Assembly: GCF_006345805.1 (NCBI RefSeq)
Contig: NC_043009.1
Coordinates: forward strand, 63,736,001 to 63,800,000
From: Octopus sinensis
Taxonomy: Eukaryota
Length of the DNA: 64,000 bases
Direction: 5' to 3'
In this document: piece by piece, positions 52,461 through 64,000 of the stretch
Numbering within the stretch: position 1 is the first letter of the stretch
How the letters are laid out: every line of letters starts with the position of its first letter
Made by a program: the position numbers and the translations under genes
The notes under the pieces: model-generated
The model's database searches: none
Told to the model about the DNA's origin: nothing
Seen by the model: the letters and a program-made list of their open reading frames with translations, nothing else

Positions 52461-54325
52461 TGTAAATGGTGCAATATATTCAGAAATTGATACAGTATTA
52501 TAAAAGACTACTAAATGGTCCAGTCCTTCATGTTGAGTGATGGCTTATATGTCTCAATAATCACGAGTGCTTTGCTGATGGAACATAAGCTACTGGTATG
52601 GCCTCCCATGTTGGACAGGCCAAAGGATAGAGGCCAGACTAATATGGACCAACTCTTCCCAGACAGGCCAAATGGACCAACTCTTCCCAGAGGTGAAAAT
52701 GGGTTTGCAACTTTCCTACCAAGAAATTCAAAATCAACATGACCTTAGGGGAGAAGGCCTTCCCACAGAGATAAAGGAAGGACAGAACAGGTTGAAAAGC
52801 GGGGATCTAATTGGAGAGAAGCAGAAAAGACAGCTCAAAGTCAAGAACAGTGAAGAAAAGTTATAGCTTACGCTTAAGAGGGAGCAAATGGCTTAAGTAA
52901 GTATAAGTGAAGTTAATATATTAAGCTGTGCAGAAAAGGAAGATGCTACTAAGGTTTTGAAGATAAACTCTTATTCAAGAGAGAGAAGAGAGAAATTAAG
53001 AATTATGTTCTGTTATCTATTATGATCAAAGAGAAGTTTGTGGCTTTTAGTAGGGATGGACTGCCAGCAAATTGTGGGTTATGTTCAAAAAAGATTGAGG
53101 GAGAGGAATAATCAGCTTCTGGTAGGTTTTAGAAATCATGTATATGTAAGTAAATATAAGTGCCTAATTGTTTGTATATGTAGGCTTCTGTATGTATCAG
53201 GGCTGAAAGGAAAAAGAGGGAGTCAAAGGGAAAATAATCAACTGTTTGTCCTGTTGGGAGAGAACTCTCAAAGGAAAATCAAAAGTTCTGTGGTTGTCAC
53301 ATTGCACTTCATGCAAAAGTTCATTGAATTAACCTGCCAACCTGTGGCCCATATCACATATGTAGAAGGTAGTGGGAAGTTGGTATTTTAAGAAATGAAT
53401 TACATTACAATGGGACTAGTTAATATCTTGAAATCAGTTGAGATCCTGCAATGGACCAACATCCCCTCCAGTGGGGGAATATATACACCTCTGAATGGTA
53501 TGCAACTCTTCATTTAAAAAAAACAAAGTCACCACATAAGTCATCAGTCATCCTCAGAGATAATTAGTTGGTCATCAACTGTCACACAGTTTGTCAGTTT
53601 CCACAGCAGACGTTTTATGTTTTACAGAATACATCTTAATTATCACCAGGAGAGCCTAAATATTAAAGTGTTGCCTTCACAAAATATGTAATGAAAATGT
53701 TAACAATGCTAATCTTTACAATAGTTTTAATCCTACTAAAGGATTAAATATTATTAATTATCAACACTCTAAGAACTATGACTAATAACTGTACTAACAG
53801 ACAAGTCATTCAAACAAATGCATGACTAATTCAAATGTTTGACTTGTCCAAATCATCATCGTTTAACATTCGCTTTCCATGCTAGCATGGGTTGGACGAT
53901 TTTGACTGAGGGCTGGCAAACCAGATGGCTGCAGGCTCCAATCTTGATCTGGCAGAGTTTCTACAGCTGGATGCCTTTCCTAACGCCAACCACTCCAAGA
54001 GTGTAGTGGGTGCTTTTTACATGCCACCGGCACAGGGCCAGTCAGGCGGTATTGGCAATGACCTCGCTCAAATCTTTTTACACATGCCACCAGCACAGGT
54101 GTCAGTAAGGCGACGTTGGTAACGATCACGCTTGAATGGTGCCTTTTTACATGCCACCGGCACGGAGCCAGTTGGCTGCTCTGGCAATGATTACGCTCGG
54201 ATGGTGCTCTTGGCACCCTAAATGGTACTAAGTCAACAGAATGTAAAAACCAGGATTTGAACTTGATACAATTTTAAATCATTTTAAAACTGATGAAATA
54301 TTTTTAATTGTAGATTTATACAAAC

Positions 54326-56530
54326 CTGTATTCTTGAGTTGCCCCAATCTGCAACTAAAATGTTCCCATGACTGTCAACAGCGACACCAGTTGGAGCATT
54401 GAATTGGCCATTTCCTTCTCCATTGGAGCCAAAACTGTAGAGAAAGTTGCCTTCTGAATTGAAGATTTTCACACAGTGATTATGAAAATCAGAAACAATA
54501 ATATCATTGTTGGCATTGATGGCAACATAATGTGGTCCAGCAAACTGGTTGTCGTCGTTTCCACGAGAACCAAACTTTTGGATAAGTTTTCCATTCGACT
54601 GGAAGATAAATATACAACTTGCTTTGTTATCCACAACAATAATATGTCCATTTTTATCAACAGCAACACCCTTTGGTCCCAGCAGTTTATTGTTACCAAT
54701 CTTGTTAATATATTTACCATCTGGGGAGAAAACACTCACCCATTTGTTGTCATAGTCTGCGACTAAATAATTGCCATTCATGGTGACTGCAAGACCAGTC
54801 GGACGTTGCATTTTTCCAGGACCTCGGCCTGGCGAACCAAAACGAAGCTTACAGTCCCCTAATGATGAAAACACTTGCACAACTTGGTTGTTACTGTCTG
54901 CTACAAGAATTTTACCATTAATGGAGGTTAATCCTTGTGGATTTGTAAATTCACCTTTATTTCGACCTTTTACTCCAACCTTCAAAATGAGATCGTCTTC
55001 AATAACGTTACTCTTGCGATTAGATCCATGCGATCTTGAACTGGACGGCCGTTTGGTCCCACGTTGTTTTACAGCACTTGTTTTAGGTATCCTTGTTGAG
55101 GCTCCCAATAGATCGCTTTCCTCTCCTGCAGGTAAAGCTTTCACTTTGAATGGAGAACCTTTAATTGGTTGGTTAAAAACCTTGATAAACATTTCATAAG
55201 TTCCTTCTTTAGGAATGGAATAAGTAATGTCGTATGTTCCGTTTTTGTGGTCAGTGATATGTGGTTCAACAATGATGTCTTTATTTAGGCTCAGCAACTC
55301 AGCTTCAACCGTTGCATTTCCCAGTTTAACCAATTCTCCTTTTCTATCTTTTGTAGTAACAGATACGGTAGAATATTTACCGATGTAAGAATATTTGAGA
55401 CCATTTCCCATGGCTGTTGTTTCATAGCCAACTGCACTGTTAGTGAGAATATGTCCAAGGTTTACAATTGACTTTTTCAAAGACTGGAAACATGAACTAT
55501 CAAATTCTAAAAATTCGTTTTCTTCAGGTTGATAATTTATGCTCATAGACCCTAATTCTTGCAATTTTTCTGTCACTTCCTTTTTCACCACTAGAATTGC
55601 TGTTTCTTTACCATGAGTAAGGGCTTCTTCTGTGACCTCACAGCAATTGGAAATTCTGGAAAGTGTGCTCTCAAGGGTGTCTTTCTGTTTATTCAGCACC
55701 ATCTGTTTGGATGTGTGTATTTCTGACAACTCTTTGAGTAGTGTTGTCTTTTGTTGCACAATTAGTTTGTCAAGAACATCAAAAGCACTGACTATTTCAT
55801 CTTCAGCTTCCCTCAATTTAAGGTTTAATTTTTCAGAAACTTCCTCAACTTCTTTAACAGACTTCTGAATTCCAGGGATTTGAGCTCTGGCCCCTGAAAT
55901 AAGTCGCTGGAGACCAGCTTTGTGTTCTTTAATTGCATCTTGCAACGGAATTGTTTTATGACCAACATGGACGGCAGTGCATTCTTCACAGGCAGCTGTT
56001 TCACAAGCGCAGCAGTAGAACTGTAGTGATCTACCTTCATGGCTCGGACAAACGAGTCTGTTTTCTTTGTCTTCGGTCAAGGCTAATTCACTGAGTCGTA
56101 TAATATTGTGGACACTGGTGGCCATCTCGTTGGGAGTCTCACTTCCTTGGTCTCTGGAAGCTTGACCTCCACAGCTACTTTCGGAACAACGCTGGCACAG
56201 GAAATTGTCACAGTTTGTACATTTGCATGTGGCTTTTGTGTTGTCTACACAAGCAGTGCAGACGTTGTTTTCTCCAAGAACATCCATTAGATTAGTAATG
56301 AAGAAATTGGTTTGCATCGCCGAGACTCCCTCCACTGGAAGGATGGACTGTTGGCGACAGATCGGACACGTCAAAGACAGACTCTCCGGAGGAATGTAAC
56401 TTATCAGGCAGTGCTCGCAGAATGTGTGTAAACACGGCAAAACTTTGGGATTCTGATAACGGTCCAGACAAATTCCACAGCTCAAGAACTCACGGTGAAT
56501 CTGTTGTACAACTGGACTGCTGTTTGCCAT
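54326..56530 (-). CDS. TRIM2/3: TRIM2/3-type TRIM-NHL E3 ubiquitin ligase, main coding exon (735 codons)
   Basis: RING CGICLDRYQNPKVLPCLHTFCEHC...CPICR, B-box1-like CTAC..CTNC..CQRC, B-box2 CPSHEG..CCACETAACEECTAVHVGH, coiled coil, filamin fold (DHKNGTYDITY..GSPFKV), NHL repeats (GEFTNPQG, GKMQRPTG, LLGPKGVAVD, FAGPHYVA, FNAPTGVAVD). Acceptor ctttgcAG at 56565-56564, so the exon starts at 56563; ATG at 56530. Confidence 0.95.
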
Positions 56531-57317
56531 ATTAAAGGGTGGTGTACCTTCAGGTAAGGTGACCTGCAAAGAGAAAATGAAGGACTTTAGAGACAAGTAG
56601 AGATATACAACATACACACTACAACAACAACAACTACAACAGTATTATAGCAATAAAATCAGTTGTTTTATGAAGCAAGAATCTAACTATCATTGTAACA
56701 TGTAAGAAAGAGTCATAGTAAAAACAATAAAATACAAAACATGATAAAAGAGAATGTTTTTGAATGAATGAATGATTATGTTTCATATTTTCTGGTATAC
56801 AAGTCAAACTTTTCAAACCAAAATGCAAGGGAAAAAAAGGTAGGTCAATATGTATACCAAGACAACTTTGGAGGAACAAAAACTGCCTGTGTAATGCTGT
56901 AAGATTAGGAAAGATAGTGACAGTGTTTGAATGTTTACATGACAGGTTTACACTTATATACTAGACTGAGCTGTGTGCCAGAAAACAAGTAAATCTGATA
57001 GAAAAAAAAAAGGATGACTGGTTAGTAATATGATAGCAACTATCAAGATTAAGAGCTAAGAATTGTGGGATTGATTCTAACCAATCCTTTTCATCGTTGC
57101 TCTCTCTTTACATAAATTTACATTCAAAGATAATATCAATACTTTTTATGTGTGCTCAAGGTCACATTTTCACTGGATTATATTGATTGGGACTTATGCT
57201 ATCATCAATGGAAGAATGAAAGAGAAAGGACCTAAAATATAAAGTGATGTAACGAAATACAGCAAAAGATTTTGTTTGACACTCTTCCATTTTTGCCTTT
57301 ATTCATAATTTATGTGA

Positions 57318-57762
57318 GGTTGTGAGCTTACAGAATCATTAGCATATTGGACAAAATGCATAGTGGAATAGCATTTCTACAAACTTAATGTCCCCAGTTC
57401 AAATTCCACTAAGGTTGACTTTGCCTTTCATTCTTTCGGGGGTGATAAAATAAGTACCAGTTAAACACTTGGGTCAGTGTAATCAACCAGCCACCTCCCC
57501 ACAAATTTCAGGCCTTGTGCTGATAACTGAAAGTAACATTGGTTTCAAATGTTGGCACAAGGCCAGCAATTTCAAGGGGGGAGTAAGACAATTACATTGA
57601 CCCCCCCCCCTCCCCCGTGCTCAATTGGTACTTATTTTAATGACCCCCACCAAAAGGTTGAAAAGCAAAGTCAACCTTGTTGGAATTTGAACTCAGAATG
57701 TGAAGACAGATAAAATGCTGCCAAGCATTTTACCTAGCATACTAATGATTCTGCCAGTTTAT
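57318..57762. mobile_element. Inverted tail-to-tail pair of SINE family 2 copies
   Basis: Plus copy 57318-57530 and minus copy 57538-57762 share the ttcaaattcc..gactttgcctttca..taagtaccag core. Confidence 0.75.
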
Positions 57763-58734
57763 CCTCATCATCATCATTGCTTAACATCCGTTTTCCATTC
57801 TGGCATGGGTTGGACGGTTTAACTGAGGGCTGGCGAACCAGATGGCTGCACCAGGCTCCAATCTGATCTGGCAATGTTTCTACACCTGGATGCTCTTCCT
57901 AACGCCAACCACTCCGAGAGTATAGTGGGTGCTTTTTACAAGCCACCAGCACCGGAGCCAGTCAGGCATCACTGGCATCGGCCACATTCAGATGGTGCTT
58001 TTTACATGCCACCAGCATGGGGAACCAGTCAGGCTTAAGATGAAGCTACACTTATATGGTATGCTTATGTATCGGTACCTCTTTATTTCTCTATGTTATC
58101 ACATAGAAGGCTGCAAATATAAGCTCTAAGGGAGAACCCATAGCTATTCCATCCTAGTTTATATAATTTGCCTAAATCTTTTCAGCTTTATAAAATGTAT
58201 CTGATCAAAATAGGTAAAAAGAGTTAGAATCAAGTTACTGTACTAAGCCATAGAAAATTTCAGAGATAATAATGTATTATAAACATTGATGATAAAATTC
58301 AATATTTAATCCTTGGTGAATAAAACAGACAGGTACACAACAAAAAAGAAATACTCAACACAGAACTTAAACAAGCCCTACAGGATTTTAAAGATATTGA
58401 CATTGTCACAATATGTAAGAGTGATATATATAAGATTTTCATAATTATTGATAAGACAAACATATAGCAAAAAAAATTAATAATTTATCTAATAACAGAA
58501 GCAACTTTATAAGGATTCAGATAGATATTATCATCTAATCGAAAGTTAAAGTGAATAAACTAATTATAGGTGCAGGCATGGCTTCCCAACCACATGGTCC
58601 TGGGTTCAGTCCTACTGCATAGCACCTTGGGCAAGTGTCTTCTACTATAGCCTTGGGCTAACCACTGCCTTGTGAGTGGATTTGGTAGACGGAAACTGAA
58701 AGAAGCCCGTTGTACATGTGTGCATGTGTGTGTA

Positions 58735-58772
<38 letters not shown>

Positions 58773-58789
58773 AGTGTGTGTGTGTGTAT

Positions 58790-58840
<51 letters not shown>

Positions 58841-59013
58841 TGTTTGTCCCCAACCACTGCTTGACAACTGGTATTGTTTTTTTTTATGTCACCATAACTT
58901 AGCAGTTCAGCAAAAGTGACTGAACAAATAAGTGCCATTCTTGAAAAAAAACTAAGTACAGGGGTCGATTCATCGAATTAAAAACTCCCCCTCAAGGCAG
59001 TGCCCCAACATGG

Positions 59014-59146
59014 CAGCACGGCAACGCCCACACTCGTATCGCCAATATGACCAAGGAAGCCATTCAAACGCATGGCTGGGAAGTGCCTCCACAGCCGCAG
59101 TACTCTCCTGATTTGGCAGCAACGGATTTCCACCTCTTTCGATCTC
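59014..59146 (+). mobile_element. Mariner transposase catalytic-domain relic
   Basis: QHGNAHTRIANMTKEAIQTHGWEVPPQPQYSPDLAATDFHLFRSL contains the mariner YSPDL(A)P motif. Confidence 0.8.
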
Positions 59147-60201
59147 TTTGTATTTATATATATCATAGTATCACAGTATTAACCAGACTATCGGATGTTG
59201 TTATACATCGCTGATCACAGTGCACTTCACATTGTTTCAGCTTCCAAGTAACGCAACCCCACTGGTTAGGCAAGCAAGCTAACATTCCCCCTGATCAGAG
59301 GCCCTACTGTCACAGGGGGACCCATTTACAGCTGAATGGACTGGTGCAAAATGGCATGAAGTGCTTTCCTCAAAAAAAACACGACATGGAACCCGTTCCA
59401 GGAATTGAACCCATGATGACCTAGCAATCATGAGTGCAATGCCCCAACTACCCGGCCACATGCCTTCACATCTTTATGTCGGTATACATGTATATTTGCA
59501 TATATATAATGTGTGTATATTCTTTTATTTGTTTCAGTCATTTGATTGTAGCCATGCTGGAGCACTGCTTTCAGGTGAGCAAATGAAGCCCAGGACTTAT
59601 TCTATGGAAGCCTAGTACTTATTCTATCAGTCTCTTTCGCCAAACCGCTAAGTTACGGGGATGTAAACACACTACCATCAGTTGTCAAGCGATGTTGCGG
59701 GGGTCAAATATCTTTAGCCTTCAGCCTTCAGCAACAATACTCACTCATGAGAACTAAGTGTTTATCACAGGGTTTGAAATCACATGATATGAGTACATCT
59801 GCAAAATCATGTCTACAATCTGACATTCTCAGAGACCCCAACAGAATTATCATGTCACTACACTCTGATATTCTAAGATATTCTAATCAAACTGTTATAT
59901 TGTCTCTACACTATGATATCCTCAAAGACTCCACAACTCTCACTATTCTCTACTCCAGTGGTTTTCAAACTGGGTCCATATGGCCCTTAAGGGTTTATAT
60001 AAGATTTTGTTGTTAAAATTTATACAGAATAAATTGCTTATACTTCAACAATACACAGGATATTTTAACGATTATTTTTTAGATAATTCCCAATAATATT
60101 CCTTATAATAGACTAAGAACAATATGATTATATACAGAATTAATTGAATTATTGTTATGTTCTGAATTACACAAACTACTCCTCTGGTGTCCCCAAACTC
60201 C

Positions 60202-60405
60202 TTAACCCTTTAGCATTCAGATTATTCTGAAAAATATTATGATTATTTATTCACATCATTTTGAATAGATCATGCATTACATCATAGCTTCAAGATTTTG
60301 ATAATCAATTATTTTTGGAATGACATTGTAAAGACCAGATCTGGCTGTTTTGAACACAAAAAAAGGTAGAATATTTTGGGCAAATATGGCTGGTTTAAGT
60401 GTTAA
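60202..60405 (+). mobile_element. TTAA-bounded piggyBac-like MITE
   Basis: TTAAccctttagcattcagatta...gtgTTAA; related ends at 16870-16901, 27156 and 44013. Confidence 0.55.
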
Positions 60406-61299
60406 ATGGTGAACAAATTCCTGGCAGTCCCCTGCGTCAGTGATGTCTTTACTTTCTCTAAACATAATATTGCCATGGCTTTACATCAGGCAAAATGCTT
60501 AGCTGCATTTCATCTGTCTTTACGTTCAGAGTTCAAATTCCACTACCTTTTATCCTTCCAGAGTTAATAGAATCATCATCATCATCATCGTTTAGCGTCC
60601 GCTTTCCATGCTAGCATGGGTTGGATGGTTCAACTGGGGTCTGGGAAGCCAGAAGGCTGCACCAGGCCCAGTCTGATCTGGCAATGTTTCTACGGCTGGA
60701 TGCCCTTCCTAATGCCAACAACTCCGTGAGTGTAGTGGGTGCTTTTTACGTGCCAGACAAGGCTGGCAAACGGCCACAATCAGATGGTGCTTTTTACGTG
60801 CCACCGGCAGAGAGGCCAGCCGGGGCGGCGCTGGCAACGGCCACGTTCGGATGGTTCTCTTACGTGCCACCGGCACTGGTATCACAGCTACAATTTCCAT
60901 TAATGTTGATCGATTTTGATTTTGATTTTGATTTTGATTGATAAGTTCCAAAATAATCCAATCAGTAATTCTTTCTATGGATTCTTTGATGACCGATTCC
61001 AACAGACATCATTCTACTTCCACTTCAAATGTGAATAACACTCTTCTACTTTTTCTTTCTCTTTCTCATATTCTCCCTCGTCTTCCTCCTTTATCTTATC
61101 TTCGTAACCATTCTTCCTCATCTTTCGCATCTTTCTTTCCCTTCCTCTTCTGCCTCGATTTTTTACATTCCTCATCATCTGCTGCTGTTTCTTGACATCA
61201 TTTTAACAAATTGATGCAAAGATTTCGATACAAATAGAGTGGCTATTGATTTTCTTTGGAAACATGGGGATCAACAACAGCAACAAATAGAAAGATGAT

Positions 61300-61460
61300 G
61301 AGGAAGAGGTGGAGGACAATGAGGATTATTATTATTATTATCAACATCATCATCATCGTCATCATCATCGTTGTTATTGTTGTTGTTGTTGTTGTTTTTG
61401 TTATTGTTATTATTACAATGATCATCATCATCATCATCATCATCATCATTTATTATGTTG
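61300..61460. repeat. Mixed trinucleotide (ATT/CAT/GTT) tract
   Basis: Read directly. Confidence 0.9.
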
Positions 61461-61850
61461 CTGCTGTTGTTGCAGTCTGGAGGGTGGGGGTGGAGGGTGA
61501 AAGAATCCTGATGAAAAAAAATGGTGAGGAAGAGGAAGGAAATGATGGTACATGAAAGAGAGAGGTGGAGGTGGAAAAGAACTGGTGCAAGAGACTGGAA
61601 TGGAGAGGAGAGGGAGGTGGTCTTGAAGTAATAAGAGAGTGGGGGGAAAGGTGAATAGAAGGAAATGGAAACGGTGCTTTGTGTAATGAAATGGTTAAAA
61701 AAAGAGACCTGACATTAAGAGGTAGAAAAATATAGCAAGGAAAGTAATTAGAATATAAGTATAAATGTAATGTGTGTGTGTGTAGGTGTGTGTGTACGCA
61801 TACCTGAGCAAGTGTCTTCATTTCTTATATATATACATACATATACATAT

Positions 61851-61892
<42 letters not shown>

Positions 61893-61907
61893 TATATATA
61901 TATATAC

Positions 61908-61944
<37 letters not shown>

Positions 61945-62328
61945 TATGTGCATATATGTATGTATGTGTGTGTGTATAGATAGATAAATAGATATAGATA
62001 TAAACACATACATACACATAGATACATGCATACATTCATATATATATATAATATATTATATATATATATATATTATATGTGTGTGTGGTGTGTGTGTGTG
62101 TATGTATATATATTTCCCTTTCTCTCTCTTTTGGAGAGGCACAAGCACCTACACGCACATGTACACACACGGCAGTAACTTCCGTGCCTGCCGAATTCAA
62201 TGACAAAGCTTCGGTCTGCTCGGGGCCATAGCAGAAGACACGTACCCAAAGTGCCACACAGTGGGACTGAACCCGAAACCATGTAGCTAGGAAGCAAGCT
62301 CCCTAACCACACAGCCATAGATAGATAG

Positions 62329-62416
<88 letters not shown>

Positions 62417-62650
62417 ATGTATGTGTGTATATGCATAGTTATTTATGTATTGATATATGTATGTGTATATGTATACACTCACATATATGTATCTATGTCT
62501 GTATGTATATACACATACACACAAATTTATATGCATACATATAGATATGGGTATGTACATACGCATACATACAGGCATACATACACACACTCACACACAC
62601 ACACACACACACACACATACTGTATTATATTACAATAGCAACTAACTTAC

Positions 62651-62730
62651 CTGGTGCCGTATTTATCAATGGCCATCAATGATAAATTTACAAATGACCA
62701 ATTAGTTCTGGTACCCATGATAACCCAAAA
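62651..62730 (-). other. Candidate upstream 80-nt exon (possibly TRIM 5' UTR)
   Basis: Unique-looking sequence between microsatellites, bounded by tttgtatAG| and CAG|GTAAGT; no homology support. Confidence 0.3.
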
Positions 62731-63109
62731 CTATACAAACACATACATGGACACATATATATATATATATGAGTGTGTGGACACAAGTATATGTGCAGGT
62801 ATGTGTGTGTGTGCGTGTGCATTTATACGTATATATGTATGTATGTATGTAAGGCTATGGCAAAAAAGCCGAAACTAGCCAATCAATCTAGGAATATCTT
62901 GACCGCTGTTTTTCTAGCGGTTACGATCTCTGCCTGTATGAATATATGCAATTATGTGCTTTGACTGCAGCATTAGCTCTTATTTCTAGCAATGTAGGTA
63001 TTTCTAGCACATTCAGTCATATTTAACGAAGGTTACAGTTTTCCTTTTTGGTACACATTGCTTACAGCTGCCTAAATTAATTATATATATGTATATGTAT
63101 ATGTGTGTG

Positions 63110-63182
<73 letters not shown>

Positions 63183-63688
63183 ATGTATGTATATATTAAA
63201 TCAATAATTAATATATATAATTATTAATTTAATATATAAATTGCTTATTTCCATGCTGACTACCTGATAATTATCATTAATGTGATTTCTACCCTTATTT
63301 TATGAATATATATATATATATATATATATACATACATGTGTGTGTGTGTATAGCTATATCTATGTGAGTGAATGTGTTTGTGTGTATAGGTGTGTAGCTA
63401 TGTCTATGTGTGTGTGTGTTTGTATGTGTGTATAGCTATGTCTATGTCTATGTGTTTGTGTGTGTGTTGCTATGTCTATGTGTGTGCATGTGTTAGTGTG
63501 TGTGTGTGTGGTTATGTATTCCTTTCTTACATGGGTAAAAGTGCCAAAGTCTTTTCTCAGATTTGCAGTCTTTTATAGAATTTGGTGGAATGAAAGCCTG
63601 TCAGCATCAGAGCAGAAAGCAAACCAAAACTCTGTCAGACATTTCTTGTGGTGCCGTCTTGTTTCTACAAATTACTTCCATTTTATAC

Positions 63689-63730
<42 letters not shown>

Positions 63731-64000
63731 ATATTTATCTAAGCTTGTGCATGTATATGTGTGCACATGGTGTATTTGTATGTGTGTCAATGGGTGTGAA
63801 TGTATGTGTGTGCATGAATTTGTGTTTGTGTGTGTGATCTGTAAGGTGGTATGAAGGTTAGTGGTTTGCTATGTCAAAATTACTGGGCAGGTGATAATTT
63901 TGGATATCGTGAAGATCTGAGAAAGCAATTACCAGTGAACAGGTAGGTCAAAACAACACAACAAAGGAGGACTGTTACTTTATGTATATTTAGAACAATA

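Larger units (their letters stand above)
50894..54325 (-). other. 3432-bp GT-AG intron of the TRIM gene
   Basis: Donor CAG|GTTTGT at 54325, acceptor TTGCAG| at 50894; phase-0 join restores the NHL repeat. Confidence 0.9.

Noticed and set aside
54469-56399. Overlapping and antisense ORFs inside the TRIM exon
   Set aside because: Shadow frames of a long coding exon with no recognisable motifs.
54284-56617. The 777-aa ORF taken as the complete protein
   Set aside because: MYVVYLYLSLKSFIFSLQ and VCINLQLKIFHQF are intron read-through past a clear acceptor (56564) and donor (54325); the true C-terminus is in 50741-50893.
62660-62700. SFVNLSLMAIDKY resembling a GPCR TM3 DRY motif
   Set aside because: Only 13 residues, and no other GPCR-like exons are visible in the window.

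Overview
AT-rich, microsatellite-saturated animal DNA, most likely octopus/cephalopod (inferred from the SINE families and repeat landscape; not verifiable here). One protein-coding gene is well supported: a minus-strand TRIM2/TRIM3-type TRIM-NHL E3 ligase (RING, degenerate B-box1, B-box2, coiled coil, filamin, NHL repeats). It is encoded by a 2.2-kb exon (54326-56563, ATG at 56530) spliced to a 153-nt terminal coding exon (50741-50893), giving 785 aa if MANSS is the start. The rest is mostly mobile DNA: three tRNA-headed SINE families, RTE and CR1-type LINE fragments (one young CR1 inside the TRIM intron), an internally deleted Ty3/Gypsy relic, mariner fragments, a non-autonomous Helitron, MITEs/foldbacks and simple repeats. 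The most interesting signal outside the ORF track is a set of hammerhead-ribozyme motifs of the minimal, palindromic-helix-III type known from Penelope-like elements. One has a fully canonical core (11902-11991), one family carries a hammerhead on each arm of a fold-back palindrome (7.1, 43.3, 52.2 kb), one has a variant core (7808-7845) and one is a relic (62851). All repeat-family names come from motif recognition by eye; repeat boundaries are approximate.
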